NCBI GenBank assembly: GCA_964549615.1
Contig: CAZJVP010000094.1
Coordinates: forward strand, 1-52,119
Direction of reading: 5' to 3'
DNA from: an uncultured Thermococci archaeon
GTDB taxonomy: Archaea; CAYQAE01; CAYVLA01
DNA: 52,119 nucleotides
The position numbers and the translations under genes are program-made. The notes below the pieces were generated by a model. The model saw nothing but the letters and a program-made list of their open reading frames with translations, searched no databases and had not been told where the DNA came from. Below, piece by piece: positions 9,638 to 19,340 of the stretch. Position 1 is the stretch's first letter, and each line of letters opens with the position of its first letter.

Positions 9638-12600
9638 CAAAGTCCACGCCCCTCGGAACGAACGCGAGCAGCGATCCCCGAAGGCTCGGTCATCATGAAA
9701 CGTCCGGGTTGGACTTCCCTCGTCTTGCCTGCGATCGTGACTTTGGCCCGGACATTGGCAAAGCCGCTCCACCTCTTTCCCGACCTTTCCAGCGCGATGC
9801 GACCGCCCACACGGACCTTGTCGCCCGGCCCGAACTCCCAAACGTAGGCTTCCGGGAAAGCGAAATCTCCAAGGTCTTCGGCCAGCGTGATGAGTCCCTC
9901 CTCGACTTTCTCGATCATAACCCACCGCTTCATCTCCCTGTCCACGAGCCGAGCTCCTTCGTAGTATCCGTGGGCGGCCAGCATTAGCTTCGTCTCGGTC
10001 CTCACCTGCCGGTCCCCGGCCCTTTCCCCCATCAGGCGCCCAATCCGGCCATTGGCTTCGAGCTCCATGAGCAGGCCTTCCGGAATCGCTTGCGCACTCG
10101 CGATCCTAAAACACGATGAGCGCTTTTCGTTGCTCATGAAAGCGATCTCGCCCTCTATTGCCTTGGGATTCAGTCTCGGCGCGTCGGTCTCGACATACAC
10201 GGAAGACCTGTCACCGTCCACCCTCAGCACCTTGCCGTCCAGCGCGTCACCCATCTCTATCTCAAGATCTCCACGCGCCAGCGCGACTCCGTCCATGAAC
10301 AATTTCGTTGGGCCACAATCGTCCTCGCTCAAAAGAAGGAACCGACCACGGAAGACCATCCCCATTGCTTCCAAGCGGGCATTCGGATCAAGGGAACTCA
10401 AGATGACGTGTTTCGTGGCACCCTCGCGCACCACCACTCCCACCGGGAAGGCCGACTCCACATCGCATCTCACGTCCACACGACGCGCAGACCGGATCCT
10501 CCCGCTTCCGGCATGAACCTCCCCGACGGCCGCGAACGCACTGGAAAGGCTTTGGCCGCGATTGCGCAGGACGACGTAGGTCAGGCAAGGCGGGTTGCCC
10601 GGGCGGAGAGGCGGGTTGCCCTTTGCCACAAACGCTTCCTCGCTCGGTAGGGGAAACAGTAGCTTCAGGACTGCGCTCTGGGAGCGCCACTCGGCCGCCC
10701 AGGGTCGGTTCGGTTTGCCGCTCATGACACCATAGAGGTAGGAATACCCGCTTCCCCGGTAGGAGTAGTAAGATCGTGCCTTGTCAGGCCTCTCAAGTTC
10801 CGGGTCATCGTAGAGAAATCCGTACGGGACGTCCTCCCCGGCCAGCGTCCCCGGTCTTGGAGACACCTTGATCCCGGTCGTCCTGAAACGGCCCTCAAAC
10901 CCGTGCACCGAGTAGTCGTGCACGCTTCCGCCGCCTACCCGGAAGATGTCCAGAAAAAAAGGATGCTCCCGGCCTATCAAGGCTATCGTTCTTCTGTACA
11001 GCGGTGCTTCCTCGTAGGTCCTCGGGGCCGACGCTTCAGCCAGTTGTACGAGGGGGCTGGAATGGAAGATCTCAAGCCGGCCCGCGCATCCCGTGTCCTG
11101 CCTCCTCTCGTCAACCACCACCGTGTTGTGGGAGATAGTGTTTCTTTCCCAAGCCGGCGGGGACTTCGACTCAGCCGCGAACTGTGGATACCCAAGGTCA
11201 GGCATCACCTTCTGGCCGAGGCCGAAAAGCTCGATGCCCAGCCTGTCGAAGTGGCCGTGACCGTCCATGTTGCCGAAAAACATCGAGCACTCGAGCCCCT
11301 TGGCCCTGAGGATGACGAGCCCGTATCCGCCCAAGCAGTCGCTGCCCTTCCTCCTCGCAGGCTTGGATGCCTGGTTGATCTCATCCCTGGAGATCGCGGG
11401 GAGGAACAGATCCTCATACGTGCTGAACCCTGATCTCGTCAACCTCGCGAACGATGGGGATCGGAACATCCGGTAGGCCTTGGCCGCGTCGCTGGGGGAT
11501 AACCTAACCCTCCCGGAGGTCACGGACCCCGAGTCGCCGATCGCCGGCGTGTACCTGCCCAAGCACAATATGCGCTCCGGCACCTCGAGCATTCTGCGGA
11601 GCTTGTCCTTGTCCGGGAAGTCTACGCCGAGTGACTCCAGATGCGTTGCGATGGAAAGTAGGTTGGATGACCAGCCGAAGCAGTAGCCCGGCGCGTTTTC
11701 GAATGACATCCCCTCCCGGTATATGTAGTTGTCCATTGCGTATCTGAGACCCTGGTGCCAGTAGCCCCCCTTCGGGTTGTTCAGCAAACGATCCAGCCAT
11801 CTGTCTGTAACTGCCTTCCGGCCTAGCGCCTTTACGATGACCAGGGCCGCGTGCTGGTGCATCCCGTAGTTGCCGACTATCTTGCCGCCCTCTATGCCAG
11901 CCAGGCCTTCAAGCAACAGCCTGTCCTCCAAGAACCTCGCTAGTTCATCACCCTGCATGCCCACGGCCCGCGCTGTCGAGTCCGTGATATAGGGCCTCAG
12001 ATTTGCGACCGACTCGGCCAGCTGCCTGATCACATTGGTCTCCCAGATGTAGTTCACGATCTTGCCCTGATATGAGCGGTCGAACTCGGTAGCGTACCTG
12101 GATTGCTTGTTGTGATCCATCTCGGGGTAGTACTGCGCTATCCTGTGAAGCATGATCAGGCATTTCCTTCCGTACACCTGCTTCCCAGTAAGCAGATAGG
12201 CCCTCGACAGATTCAGAACGGCAGGTATGAGGTACGAATACCAAAGCCAGTGGCAGTAGTAGGCCACGAACCAATGCTTCTTGGCAGCTCCTTCCTTCCT
12301 CCAGCCCCACCCGTCGTCCGGGTAGTCCCCGGTCAGGAGCGATCTATCCTGCAGCCCCGAATCCAAGAACTTCTGGAAATCGTTGGATGGATACTCTTCC
12401 CCCCCAACGGGACACCTCAGTTTCCAAGGCCGCCTGAACGGATCCATTATCCACGAATAGTTACCGAATCTGAACAGGTCGGCGCCGTGCACAGGACAGC
12501 CCTCAAAGCTTGTGTTGAATGCTCTGGGAACGCTGGGCGGAGGGACCATTCGTGCCAACTCGGCGTCCGAGATTTCGACCCAGCGCGACACGCTGTTCAA

Positions 12601-12684
12601 CACACGGGCACGGATCCGCCTCGCGTCAGGATGGTGTGCAACGTTAGCCCTAGCAACCTCGATCGAGCCGTAGACGCAACTCAT
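9637..12684 (-). CDS. Heparinase II/III-like protein (polysaccharide lyase-like)
   Basis: GNYGMHQ, ENAPGY, PAIGDS, HGHFDRLGIEL, PDLGYP and TISHNTVVVD motifs, plus N-terminal CPVH...CPVG. Start estimated at ATG 12684. Confidence 0.82.
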   Translation of the reverse strand: MSCVYGSIEVARANVAHHPDARRIRARVLNSVSRWVEISDAELARMVPPPSVPRAFNTSFEGCPVHGADLFRFGNYSWIMDPFRRPWKLRCPVGGEEYPSNDFQKFLDSGLQDRSLLTGDYPDDGWGWRKEGAAKKHWFVAYYCHWLWYSYLIPAVLNLSRAYLLTGKQVYGRKCLIMLHRIAQYYPEMDHNKQSRYATEFDRSYQGKIVNYIWETNVIRQLAESVANLRPYITDSTARAVGMQGDELARFLEDRLLLEGLAGIEGGKIVGNYGMHQHAALVIVKALGRKAVTDRWLDRLLNNPKGGYWHQGLRYAMDNYIYREGMSFENAPGYCFGWSSNLLSIATHLESLGVDFPDKDKLRRMLEVPERILCLGRYTPAIGDSGSVTSGRVRLSPSDAAKAYRMFRSPSFARLTRSGFSTYEDLFLPAISRDEINQASKPARRKGSDCLGGYGLVILRAKGLECSMFFGNMDGHGHFDRLGIELFGLGQKVMPDLGYPQFAAESKSPPAWERNTISHNTVVVDERRQDTGCAGRLEIFHSSPLVQLAEASAPRTYEEAPLYRRTIALIGREHPFFLDIFRVGGGSVHDYSVHGFEGRFRTTGIKVSPRPGTLAGEDVPYGFLYDDPELERPDKARSYYSYRGSGYSYLYGVMSGKPNRPWAAEWRSQSAVLKLLFPLPSEEAFVAKGNPPLRPGNPPCLTYVVLRNRGQSLSSAFAAVGEVHAGSGRIRSARRVDVRCDVESAFPVGVVVREGATKHVILSSLDPNARLEAMGMVFRGRFLLLSEDDCGPTKLFMDGVALARGDLEIEMGDALDGKVLRVDGDRSSVYVETDAPRLNPKAIEGEIAFMSNEKRSSCFRIASAQAIPEGLLMELEANGRIGRLMGERAGDRQVRTETKLMLAAHGYYEGARLVDREMKRWVMIEKVEEGLITLAEDLGDFAFPEAYVWEFGPGDKVRVGGRIALERSGKRWSGFANVRAKVTIAGKTREVQPGRFMMTEPSGIAARVRSEGRGL

Positions 12685-12938
12685 TCCAGGATGGCCCGGA
12701 TGGCGCGTTGAAATAGATGTTTCTGATGCTTCGATCGACAACGCCCTAGAACCGGCCAGCTTCCGCCAGCATGCCAACGCCGAAGCCCCTTTGGGCGATC
12801 TCAGGGCTCAAACGAACATGCGAAGCCGCCGAATCATCCGATGGAAACTGCCCGCCAACCGTTGTTCAACCTTGGTACTGCCCCTGCGCGATTGGCCGGG
12901 CTACTTTTCCCTGTCCATCCGAGGAAGGATCCCTTCCC

Positions 12939-13391
12939 TCATGAGGAATCCGAAGGCTCCTCGAAGATCTCGACAGCCCTCAGGCCTGCAAACGATAGGC
13001 CGGAGATGATGATCACGACCAACCCCAGCGCCGCATTGAACGCCATGCAGACGCCACCCGCCACGACCAACAAGACGGCTATCAGCTTGTATGTACGATA
13101 CCCCGACCGGCCCTCCTCGCTCCCAGCAACGATCGTCGATGTTGACCTCTGTTTGGCCTCTTTCCTCCTCACCTGCGCCCTCTCGACCTCCCGTTCGGGC
13201 GTCCATCCCGCCTTCCGGTGCCCGCCGAGGTAGCTGGCCACAGCCATCAGAAAACCGAACGTTACGCACGCAACCAACAGCAGCGTCAACGCCGCCCCGC
13301 CGGCCATCTCCCCGCTGAAATACGAGTAGAAGACGTAGATTCCCACCACAGCTATCGCCAGGAAGCACACATACCAGAGGAAGCTCTCCAT
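12939..13391 (-). CDS. Hypothetical 4-TM membrane protein
   Basis: Two pairs of hydrophobic helices separated by a charged loop. The ATG at 13391 follows GTGAGG. Confidence 0.7.
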   Translation of the reverse strand: MESFLWYVCFLAIAVVGIYVFYSYFSGEMAGGAALTLLLVACVTFGFLMAVASYLGGHRKAGWTPEREVERAQVRRKEAKQRSTSTIVAGSEEGRSGYRTYKLIAVLLVVAGGVCMAFNAALGLVVIIISGLSFAGLRAVEIFEEPSDSS

Positions 13392-13507
13392 CCTCACGCA
13401 TTCTCGCGTGCATGCAATCCATAAGTCTGTTTCGTGATTCATCCGGGGCCAATGGTAGGTCATGAAGATGTCAGATTTTTCACCTCGCGACTCCGATAAA
13501 TCCCGGC

Positions 13508-14056
13508 ATGGCCTACATACCGTGGAGACGAGTTGCCTCCTGGAACTGCACCAGCTGCGGCGTATGCTGCATGCGGTTTGCCGTGTTCCTCACCAAGGCC
13601 GAACGCGACAGCATGGTCGCCCACTTCGGCAAAAGGACGGTGGTGGAGCACGAGAGCGGCCCGAGGCTCCGAAAAATCGGCAGGAGGTGCTTCTTCCAAC
13701 GCTGGACGAACGGGACCTCCTACTGTCTGCTGCAGAACACCGGCCTGAAGCCCTCGGCATGCCGGATCTTCCCGTTCCTTGCTTTCCCCAAGCCCCTGCG
13801 CGACCGGCATGCCAAGGAGTCCTTCTTTGAATTCAACGACCATGAACTCTACATCTACGCTAACTCGCGCTGTCCGTCGCTTGTGTTGGGAACGCCCACC
13901 GCCTACCTGGTTGAGAAGGTCCTTCCCGAGATAGCCGAGATCGCGACTGTTGGTCGGCGGAGCCAGCGATACAGCACCTCGAACAGCGAGGCCCCGCCCA
14001 CGGAGCTCCTGGGCATTCCGTCAAGTAGGGACCGGCTCATCCCCTGGGGCATCTAG
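13508..14056 (+). CDS. YkgJ / CxxCxxCC family zinc- or iron-chelating protein
   Basis: CTSCGVCC, RCFF, YCLL, KPSACRIFPF and SRCP motifs. Confidence 0.85.
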   Translation: MAYIPWRRVASWNCTSCGVCCMRFAVFLTKAERDSMVAHFGKRTVVEHESGPRLRKIGRRCFFQRWTNGTSYCLLQNTGLKPSACRIFPFLAFPKPLRDRHAKESFFEFNDHELYIYANSRCPSLVLGTPTAYLVEKVLPEIAEIATVGRRSQRYSTSNSEAPPTELLGIPSSRDRLIPWGI

Positions 14057-14087
14057 TAGCAGCCTTTGCCCCAATGCCGCGGCCCCG

Positions 14088-15593
14088 CTACTCCCCGAAG
14101 ACTTCGGCCGTGAACGAATACAGCTCCGATGTTTTCCAAGCGTCGCGCTCCAAGCCGGCCTTGCTGCAGATCTCGGCAAGGTACCTCTGCCTGTCCCACC
14201 CGTTCTCTACGGGCACCTGGGGCAGCAACAGTCCCGAGGCCCCGTGGCCGACTATGTAGAGTCCGTCCCTTCCGACCACTATCTGCTCGGGATCCAGCAC
14301 GATCCTTAGCCGAGACAGCACGGAGATTTCTATCTTCACGTCAGCCAGCTCACTGGCCGACAGTGGCGGAAACCTGGGGTCCTCGCAGGCCGCTTTGACG
14401 GCAACGTCCCTGACGACCAACCACAGGGGATACTCCGGAAGCGTGTATCCGATGCAGCCACGCAGTGCCCCGGCCCTCTTCAGCGTCACGAACGCTCCGC
14501 TCCGCCCGAGCAGGACCGGATCGGTCGTTTGGTAGCTCAGCATCTCACCGGTCTGAAGATAGTGCGATATCGCTGACCTTGCCAATCTGAGCAGTTCCTG
14601 GCGGGACGCAGCGGCAAGGACGGACGACGCGTTGCCCCTCACTAGCGCGGCGGACAGGTAACCCACCACCGACGAGACATCGCCGGAGTAGCTGCCCGAA
14701 TCGCCGTACCTGAGGATCACCGAGGCGTTGTACCCCAGTCTCTCGCACGCAAGCATGACCGTCTCTACGGCCGCCAGCCCGCAAAGCTCGCAGGCCCCGC
14801 TTCGCGCCTTCAACTGCAGGCCCACGGGGTCGAACGCGTCGATCGATGATACCACAGCCTGGTCCAGCACGATTGCATTGGCCCTAGGGTGGTAGTGGGA
14901 AAGATCGGAGCTTGCAACCAGGAGAACCTTCTTGCCCTCGCAGCATTTGGCTATCGCTTCTGCTACCCGCGCCCACAATGCCGGGTCATTATCGTTGATC
15001 GCCATGGCCACGATCTTGAACTTGCCCAGAGTCTCCTGCAGGAAGGGGAGCTGAACCTCAAGCGAATGCTCTAGGTCGTGAGCCTTCGGTTGATAGTCTA
15101 TGTCGGGACTCGTACGGATGAGCGACGTAGAGATCTCCTCGTCTATCTCGACTTCTCCCAAAGGGGTGCTGTACCAGCCGCAAGGGTACACCGACGCCTT
15201 GCTCACGGCATAGTAGTGGCTGGGGCCCACCAAGATGACCGTGTCGTAGGCCCGCCCTTCCAGTTGCCTGTACGCCCAAGCCGCCACAGCGCCCGAATAG
15301 ACGTAGCCGGCGTGAGGGACTATGAGTCCACCTATCTCCTTGCCCGAGCACTTCGCCTCGGCCCCTGCGAGGAGATCCTCCACCATCTGCCTGAGTTCCA
15401 CTGGGTCACCGGGATAGAAACCTCCGGCAACTGCGGCATCCCTGAGCTTGGGCTCGTATGTGACCTCGCTGCCGCCCTCGCCTGTGCTCTGCCCATGGGA
15501 TCTGGGCCTCACCGTCAGATACCCAAGCGCCACCAAGACGACCGCAGCCGTTCCAACAGCCACCACGAGGAGGGGCTTTCGTAAGCCGTTCAT
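14088..15593 (-). CDS. AmmeMemoRadiSam protein B (Memo-like) and protein A (AMMECR1-like) fusion with N-terminal signal anchor
   Basis: AVAGGFYP, PHAGYVYSG, GPSH, EHSLEVQLPFL and SSDLSHY (Memo), then GAFVTL, LRGCIG and GLLLPQV (AMMECR1). The ATG at 15593 overlaps the amrS stop (ATGA). Confidence 0.92.
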   Translation of the reverse strand: MNGLRKPLLVVAVGTAAVVLVALGYLTVRPRSHGQSTGEGGSEVTYEPKLRDAAVAGGFYPGDPVELRQMVEDLLAGAEAKCSGKEIGGLIVPHAGYVYSGAVAAWAYRQLEGRAYDTVILVGPSHYYAVSKASVYPCGWYSTPLGEVEIDEEISTSLIRTSPDIDYQPKAHDLEHSLEVQLPFLQETLGKFKIVAMAINDNDPALWARVAEAIAKCCEGKKVLLVASSDLSHYHPRANAIVLDQAVVSSIDAFDPVGLQLKARSGACELCGLAAVETVMLACERLGYNASVILRYGDSGSYSGDVSSVVGYLSAALVRGNASSVLAAASRQELLRLARSAISHYLQTGEMLSYQTTDPVLLGRSGAFVTLKRAGALRGCIGYTLPEYPLWLVVRDVAVKAACEDPRFPPLSASELADVKIEISVLSRLRIVLDPEQIVVGRDGLYIVGHGASGLLLPQVPVENGWDRQRYLAEICSKAGLERDAWKTSELYSFTAEVFGE

Positions 15594-16768
15594 GACCACA
15601 CCCCTGGGATCTTGGCCCCGCAGAACCCACATCTATCGCCATCCATCTTGTTCATCAGGACGGCGAAGCCCACCCTCTGGATCAGCATCTGCCCGCAGGA
15701 GTGGCAGTAGGTATTGCTCGCTTGGTGCCCGGCCACGTTCCCGATGTAGACATACTTAATTCCCTTCTCCAAGGCTATCTCCCTAGCCCTCTCAAGGATC
15801 TGGACGGGGGTGTAAGGTAAGTGAACGAGTTTGTACTTAGGGGAGAATCTTGAGAAATGTAGGGGGCAATCCGTCCCAAGGTTTTCGACGATCCAGTCGC
15901 ACATATCCGAGATCATCTCCTCCCTGTCGTTCAGCGTCGGGACTACCAGGTTGGTTATCTCGATCCACACCCCCCTCTCCTTCATCGTAACCAGGTAATC
16001 TAGCACAGGCTGAAGCTGGCCTGAACACACCTTCTGGTAGAAGTCCTCGCTGTATCCCTTCAGATCCACGTTCGCTGCATCCATGACCCTGCAGAGCTCG
16101 ATCAGCGGTTCGACGTTCAGAAATCCGTTGGTGATGTCCAGATTCCTGATCCCCGAGTCGCGCGCGAGCTTACACGTGTCGTACATATACTCGTAGAAGA
16201 TCGAGGGCTCGTTGTAGGTGTAGGCTATGCACGATGACCCGCTCTTCGCAGCCATATCGACCACTTTCTCCGGCGGCATGTCGAAGCTCTCCAAGTCCTC
16301 GGGCCTTGCCTGGGAGATCTCCCAGTTCTGGCAGTAGAGACACTCGAAATTGCACCCGGCCGTCGCGATCGAGAAGGCGGATGCGCCGGGCAGGAAGTGG
16401 TAGAGCGGTTTCTTCTCTATGGGGTCGACGTGCCAAGTGCAGGGCCGGGCGTACACAAGTGTCGTCAACCTGCCATCCCTGTTCTCCCTCACTTGACAAA
16501 TCCCCCGCGTCCCTGGCGCAATGGTGCATCGATTGGGGCAGAGAAGGCATCTTACTCCACCCGTCTTGAGGGGCTCATAGTACCGAGCCTCCGTTCCCCC
16601 GATGGGCCGTCCGGACCCTCCTCCGCCCCCGGTTCCCTTCCTAGGGTTTGAGAATCCGTGGAGCGCGTACGCGCCCAAGGCTAGCCCCGCGCCCACAGCG
16701 ACAGCGGCCTTGATGAATCCCCTCCGGCTCGTGGGGCCTTTCCCCCTGCTGGACCCGGCATCCTCCAC
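15590..16768 (-). CDS. amrS: AmmeMemoRadiSam radical SAM enzyme with Tat-like N-terminus
   Basis: CLLCPNRC, DPIEKKPLYHF, GCNFECLYCQN (CxxxCxxC), AYTYNEP and YVYIGNV. N-terminal SRRGFIK followed by an h-region. Confidence 0.93.
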   Translation of the reverse strand: MEDAGSSRGKGPTSRRGFIKAAVAVGAGLALGAYALHGFSNPRKGTGGGGGSGRPIGGTEARYYEPLKTGGVRCLLCPNRCTIAPGTRGICQVRENRDGRLTTLVYARPCTWHVDPIEKKPLYHFLPGASAFSIATAGCNFECLYCQNWEISQARPEDLESFDMPPEKVVDMAAKSGSSCIAYTYNEPSIFYEYMYDTCKLARDSGIRNLDITNGFLNVEPLIELCRVMDAANVDLKGYSEDFYQKVCSGQLQPVLDYLVTMKERGVWIEITNLVVPTLNDREEMISDMCDWIVENLGTDCPLHFSRFSPKYKLVHLPYTPVQILERAREIALEKGIKYVYIGNVAGHQASNTYCHSCGQMLIQRVGFAVLMNKMDGDRCGFCGAKIPGVWS

Positions 16769-16793
16769 GTATCCAGAAGATCTCTCTCCGGTG

Positions 16794-16806
16794 CTTAAAG
16801 CTTTTC
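16794..16806 (-). promoter_or_regulatory. BRE + TATA (GAAAAG-CTTTAAG) for the amrS operon
   Basis: Located 25 nt upstream of the GTG at 16768, which is leaderless geometry. Confidence 0.6.
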
Positions 16807-17025
16807 AGGCAACCAGATGACCCCGGTCCCAATGGGGCGGGCCAAGTACCCCAAGCAGATCAGCATATCCTCCGGGCCGTGGGGGTCGCCCGAGATTAAG
16901 TCACGGACCTTCCCTGCAGTCCTCACCATTCCCGGGAAACCGCGAGGAAGTCCAGCTTGCTATGGTGCCCTCCTGGAGACGTAGGCCGAGGGCCTGCAAG
17001 TCTGCCGTCCGCGAAGGCGCTCGGC

Positions 17026-18471
17026 TTACGGCATCAGGGGCGCCAGCACGATGAGCAATATCTCGGAGATGCCCGTAATCGCTAGGCCGCTCACAAGTCC
17101 TATCTTCAGCCATCTGGAGAAGGGCATCGTGTAGCGCCTCTCCCTCTCCAGCATCCCAAGGGCCACGATATTGGCCGTGCTGCCCACCATAGTTATGTTC
17201 CCGCCGAAGCACCCGCCGAAAAGCAACGCCCACCAAAGGGGAAATGGGTCCGCCCCGAGTTGAGCAATGCTCTGCACGACGGGTATCATGGCCGATACGA
17301 GCACCACATTGTCCAGTATGCTTGAGCCAAAACACGAAACCCAGGTGATCATCGTTACCAGGCCGAGGTAACTCGCCCCGGCGAAGCTGGAGAGGTCCTT
17401 AGCAAGGACATCGGTCGCGCCGGTAAACTTCAGCGTCCCGGCCATGGCGAATAGCATTAGAAAGAAAAGCAGCGTCCACCAATCGACGCTCCTCTCGATG
17501 TACTGGCGGGCCCTGTTGCGTTTCCATAACATGGTTGCCCCCGCGCCCAGGATGGGGGCCGCCAGCAAGAGGGAGTTCTTGGAGAATCCCAGAAGCAGCT
17601 CCAGGCGATAGTGAAGAGCAATCAGGCACACCGTAAACACGAATATGCCCACACCGATCCTATACTCGCCCCCCTTGAAAGCTCCATCCACGAACCTGCC
17701 ATCCCCTTCCTTCTTCGATTCGGCCGCCATCCTCCGTTGCAGGAGCCGTAAATCCCTTCGGTACCACGCGAGCACGATCATCATCGTCATCAAGAGAGAG
17801 ACGAGCATGATGGGAAACGACCATCTGATGAAGTCCTCGAAGCTCAGCCCGGCACGCATCCCGATCAATATCCCGATGGGGTTCCCAAGCATCGTTCCTG
17901 CCGAGCCAACGTTGGTAGCCAGCACGCTTGAGATAACCAGGGGCACGGGATCGACGGCGTAGTGATCGGAGATCTCAAGGACTATGGAGACTATGAAGAT
18001 TATGGATGTCACCTCGTCGACCAGACACGCCAGGAGCGCGGAGGTTAAGCAGATCAGAAGCACAAATCTCCTAGCGCTGTTCTTCGAGAGAGCGAACAGC
18101 CTCAGGATCAGCCAGTTGAAGAAGCCTATCTCCTTGAGCATCCCCAAAATGACCATCATGGCGACGAGGAAACACACCACGTCCAGGGACGAGAAAGCGA
18201 TGAACTCCTCCACATCGATCGTTCGGGTCACGAGGAGTATCCCGGTCCCAAGGAAGGCTATGCCCAATCTGAACTGCCAGAAGAAGAGGGTGCCCAGCAG
18301 GGTCGACGAGAAGATTGAGATGGAGAGAACCTGTGCTTGGTTGAACCCGGTCTCCGAGCACACAACCGCGATGACGATCACGATTGAGACGAGAGCCAAT
18401 GATTTCTCCAGGATGCGTGAGGCTTGGGGCACGCGAAGTTCGCTCAGGTCCTCAGATCGGCGATCGCTCAC
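17026..18471 (-). CDS. ArsB/NhaD / SLC13 (IT superfamily) ion transporter
   Basis: About 12 TM segments with DEVTS, TNVGSAGTMLGNP, DNVVLV and GGNITMVGSTANIVA motifs. Confidence 0.9.
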   Translation of the reverse strand: MSDRRSEDLSELRVPQASRILEKSLALVSIVIVIAVVCSETGFNQAQVLSISIFSSTLLGTLFFWQFRLGIAFLGTGILLVTRTIDVEEFIAFSSLDVVCFLVAMMVILGMLKEIGFFNWLILRLFALSKNSARRFVLLICLTSALLACLVDEVTSIIFIVSIVLEISDHYAVDPVPLVISSVLATNVGSAGTMLGNPIGILIGMRAGLSFEDFIRWSFPIMLVSLLMTMMIVLAWYRRDLRLLQRRMAAESKKEGDGRFVDGAFKGGEYRIGVGIFVFTVCLIALHYRLELLLGFSKNSLLLAAPILGAGATMLWKRNRARQYIERSVDWWTLLFFLMLFAMAGTLKFTGATDVLAKDLSSFAGASYLGLVTMITWVSCFGSSILDNVVLVSAMIPVVQSIAQLGADPFPLWWALLFGGCFGGNITMVGSTANIVALGMLERERRYTMPFSRWLKIGLVSGLAITGISEILLIVLAPLMP

Positions 18472-18473
18472 GC

Positions 18474-18929
18474 CTATTCCTTCCCGGTCATGGTGAGGAT
18501 GCTCCTCAAAATGTCCTCTCGGGCGACGATTCCCACCAACCGATTATCCCTTAGGACGGGTATCCTCCTCACGTTCTGGACCAGCATAATCTTGGCCACC
18601 TCCACGATCGGCGTGTGTTCCTCTACGCAGACGACCTCCTTGCGCATGATCTCGCCGACCTTGATTGTCTCTAGCTGACTCATCCTCCTCTCGAGGCCCT
18701 TGTGGCCGAATACCTTAGTAAGCGCCTCAAACTGCTCTACATACGAAGGAAGGATCGTCCTTAGAACATCTTTCTCGGTGAACATCCCAATGACGTGATT
18801 CTCCTCGTCGACAACCGGCAGGCCGCTCATCTTCAGCTTGAAGAGCAGGCTCACCGCGTCCTTGACGGTGGTCTGCGGACTCAGGGTCACAACGTCCTTA
18901 GTCATTATCCTGCCTATCTCCAAACCCAA
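18474..18929 (-). CDS. CBS-pair domain protein
   Basis: IMTKDVVT..SGLPVVD..IGMFTEKD and IMRKEVV..RRIPV..VGIVAREDI. AAGGAG SD before the TTG. Confidence 0.92.
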   Translation of the reverse strand: MGLEIGRIMTKDVVTLSPQTTVKDAVSLLFKLKMSGLPVVDEENHVIGMFTEKDVLRTILPSYVEQFEALTKVFGHKGLERRMSQLETIKVGEIMRKEVVCVEEHTPIVEVAKIMLVQNVRRIPVLRDNRLVGIVAREDILRSILTMTGKE

Positions 18930-18954
18930 CCGCCCTCCTTTTGGAATCTACCAA

Positions 18955-19066
18955 GACTGCAACGGGGTTACGTCCCTGGCGCTCAGTTGCACCGGTGCAC
19001 GCGGCTTCTGGCGTGCGCCTGCCCTAGCCCTCCGATGCAGAAGGGCGCCCCGCAGTAACCCCAGTC
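18955..19066 (-). ncRNA. Putative structured 5' leader (candidate cis-regulatory RNA) of the CBS-transporter operon
   Basis: Nested inverted repeats: GGGGTTAC 18964-18971 / GTAACCCC 19055-19062, GGCGC 18978-18982 / GCGCC 19045-19049, hairpin GCACGC 18997-19002 / GCGTGC 19011-19016, and hairpin 19027-19046. Lies between a TATA (19078-19084) and the SD. Confidence 0.4.
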
Positions 19067-19077
19067 CAGAAGTTCTC

Positions 19078-19084
19078 TAATAAA
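19078..19084 (-). promoter_or_regulatory. TATA box (TTTATTA) for the CBS / transporter operon
   Basis: Strongest AT-rich box upstream of the CBS gene. It implies a leader of about 125 nt. Confidence 0.5.
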
Positions 19085-19340
19085 CCTTATCCACAAACCA
19101 CAAGCCCAAGAACCCACTTTACGGGGTCGAGGAGTCATGCACGCAAGACCCGAGGGGAGGTTCATCGTGTGGTCTTCCTTGGCGTTAGGGCCCCTGTTGC
19201 TGCCTTTCTTACGCGGCGCCTTGCTCGTGGGAAGAGCTTCACAGATCGGAAGAAATCCCAAGACGCCCACACTGTGGTATGCTAAGCGCGTGTCCAGCAG
19301 CTGACCCCTCAGAAGTGGCCCCGCCTGACGGGTGATCGCG

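Noticed and set aside
16940-17030. GAGGAAGTCC ... CGGCTTA, reminiscent of RNase P RNA P4 motifs
   Set aside because: The motifs are only about 80 nt apart and P4 pairing is poor. The TTA is the transporter stop codon.
18960-19065. Possible tRNA (8-bp closing stem)
   Set aside because: No T-loop GTTCRA, D-loop or anticodon arm. Kept only as a candidate leader.
19137-19304. 55-aa plus-strand ORF after GAGGAG
   Set aside because: SD spacing is too short, and there is no motif or other support.
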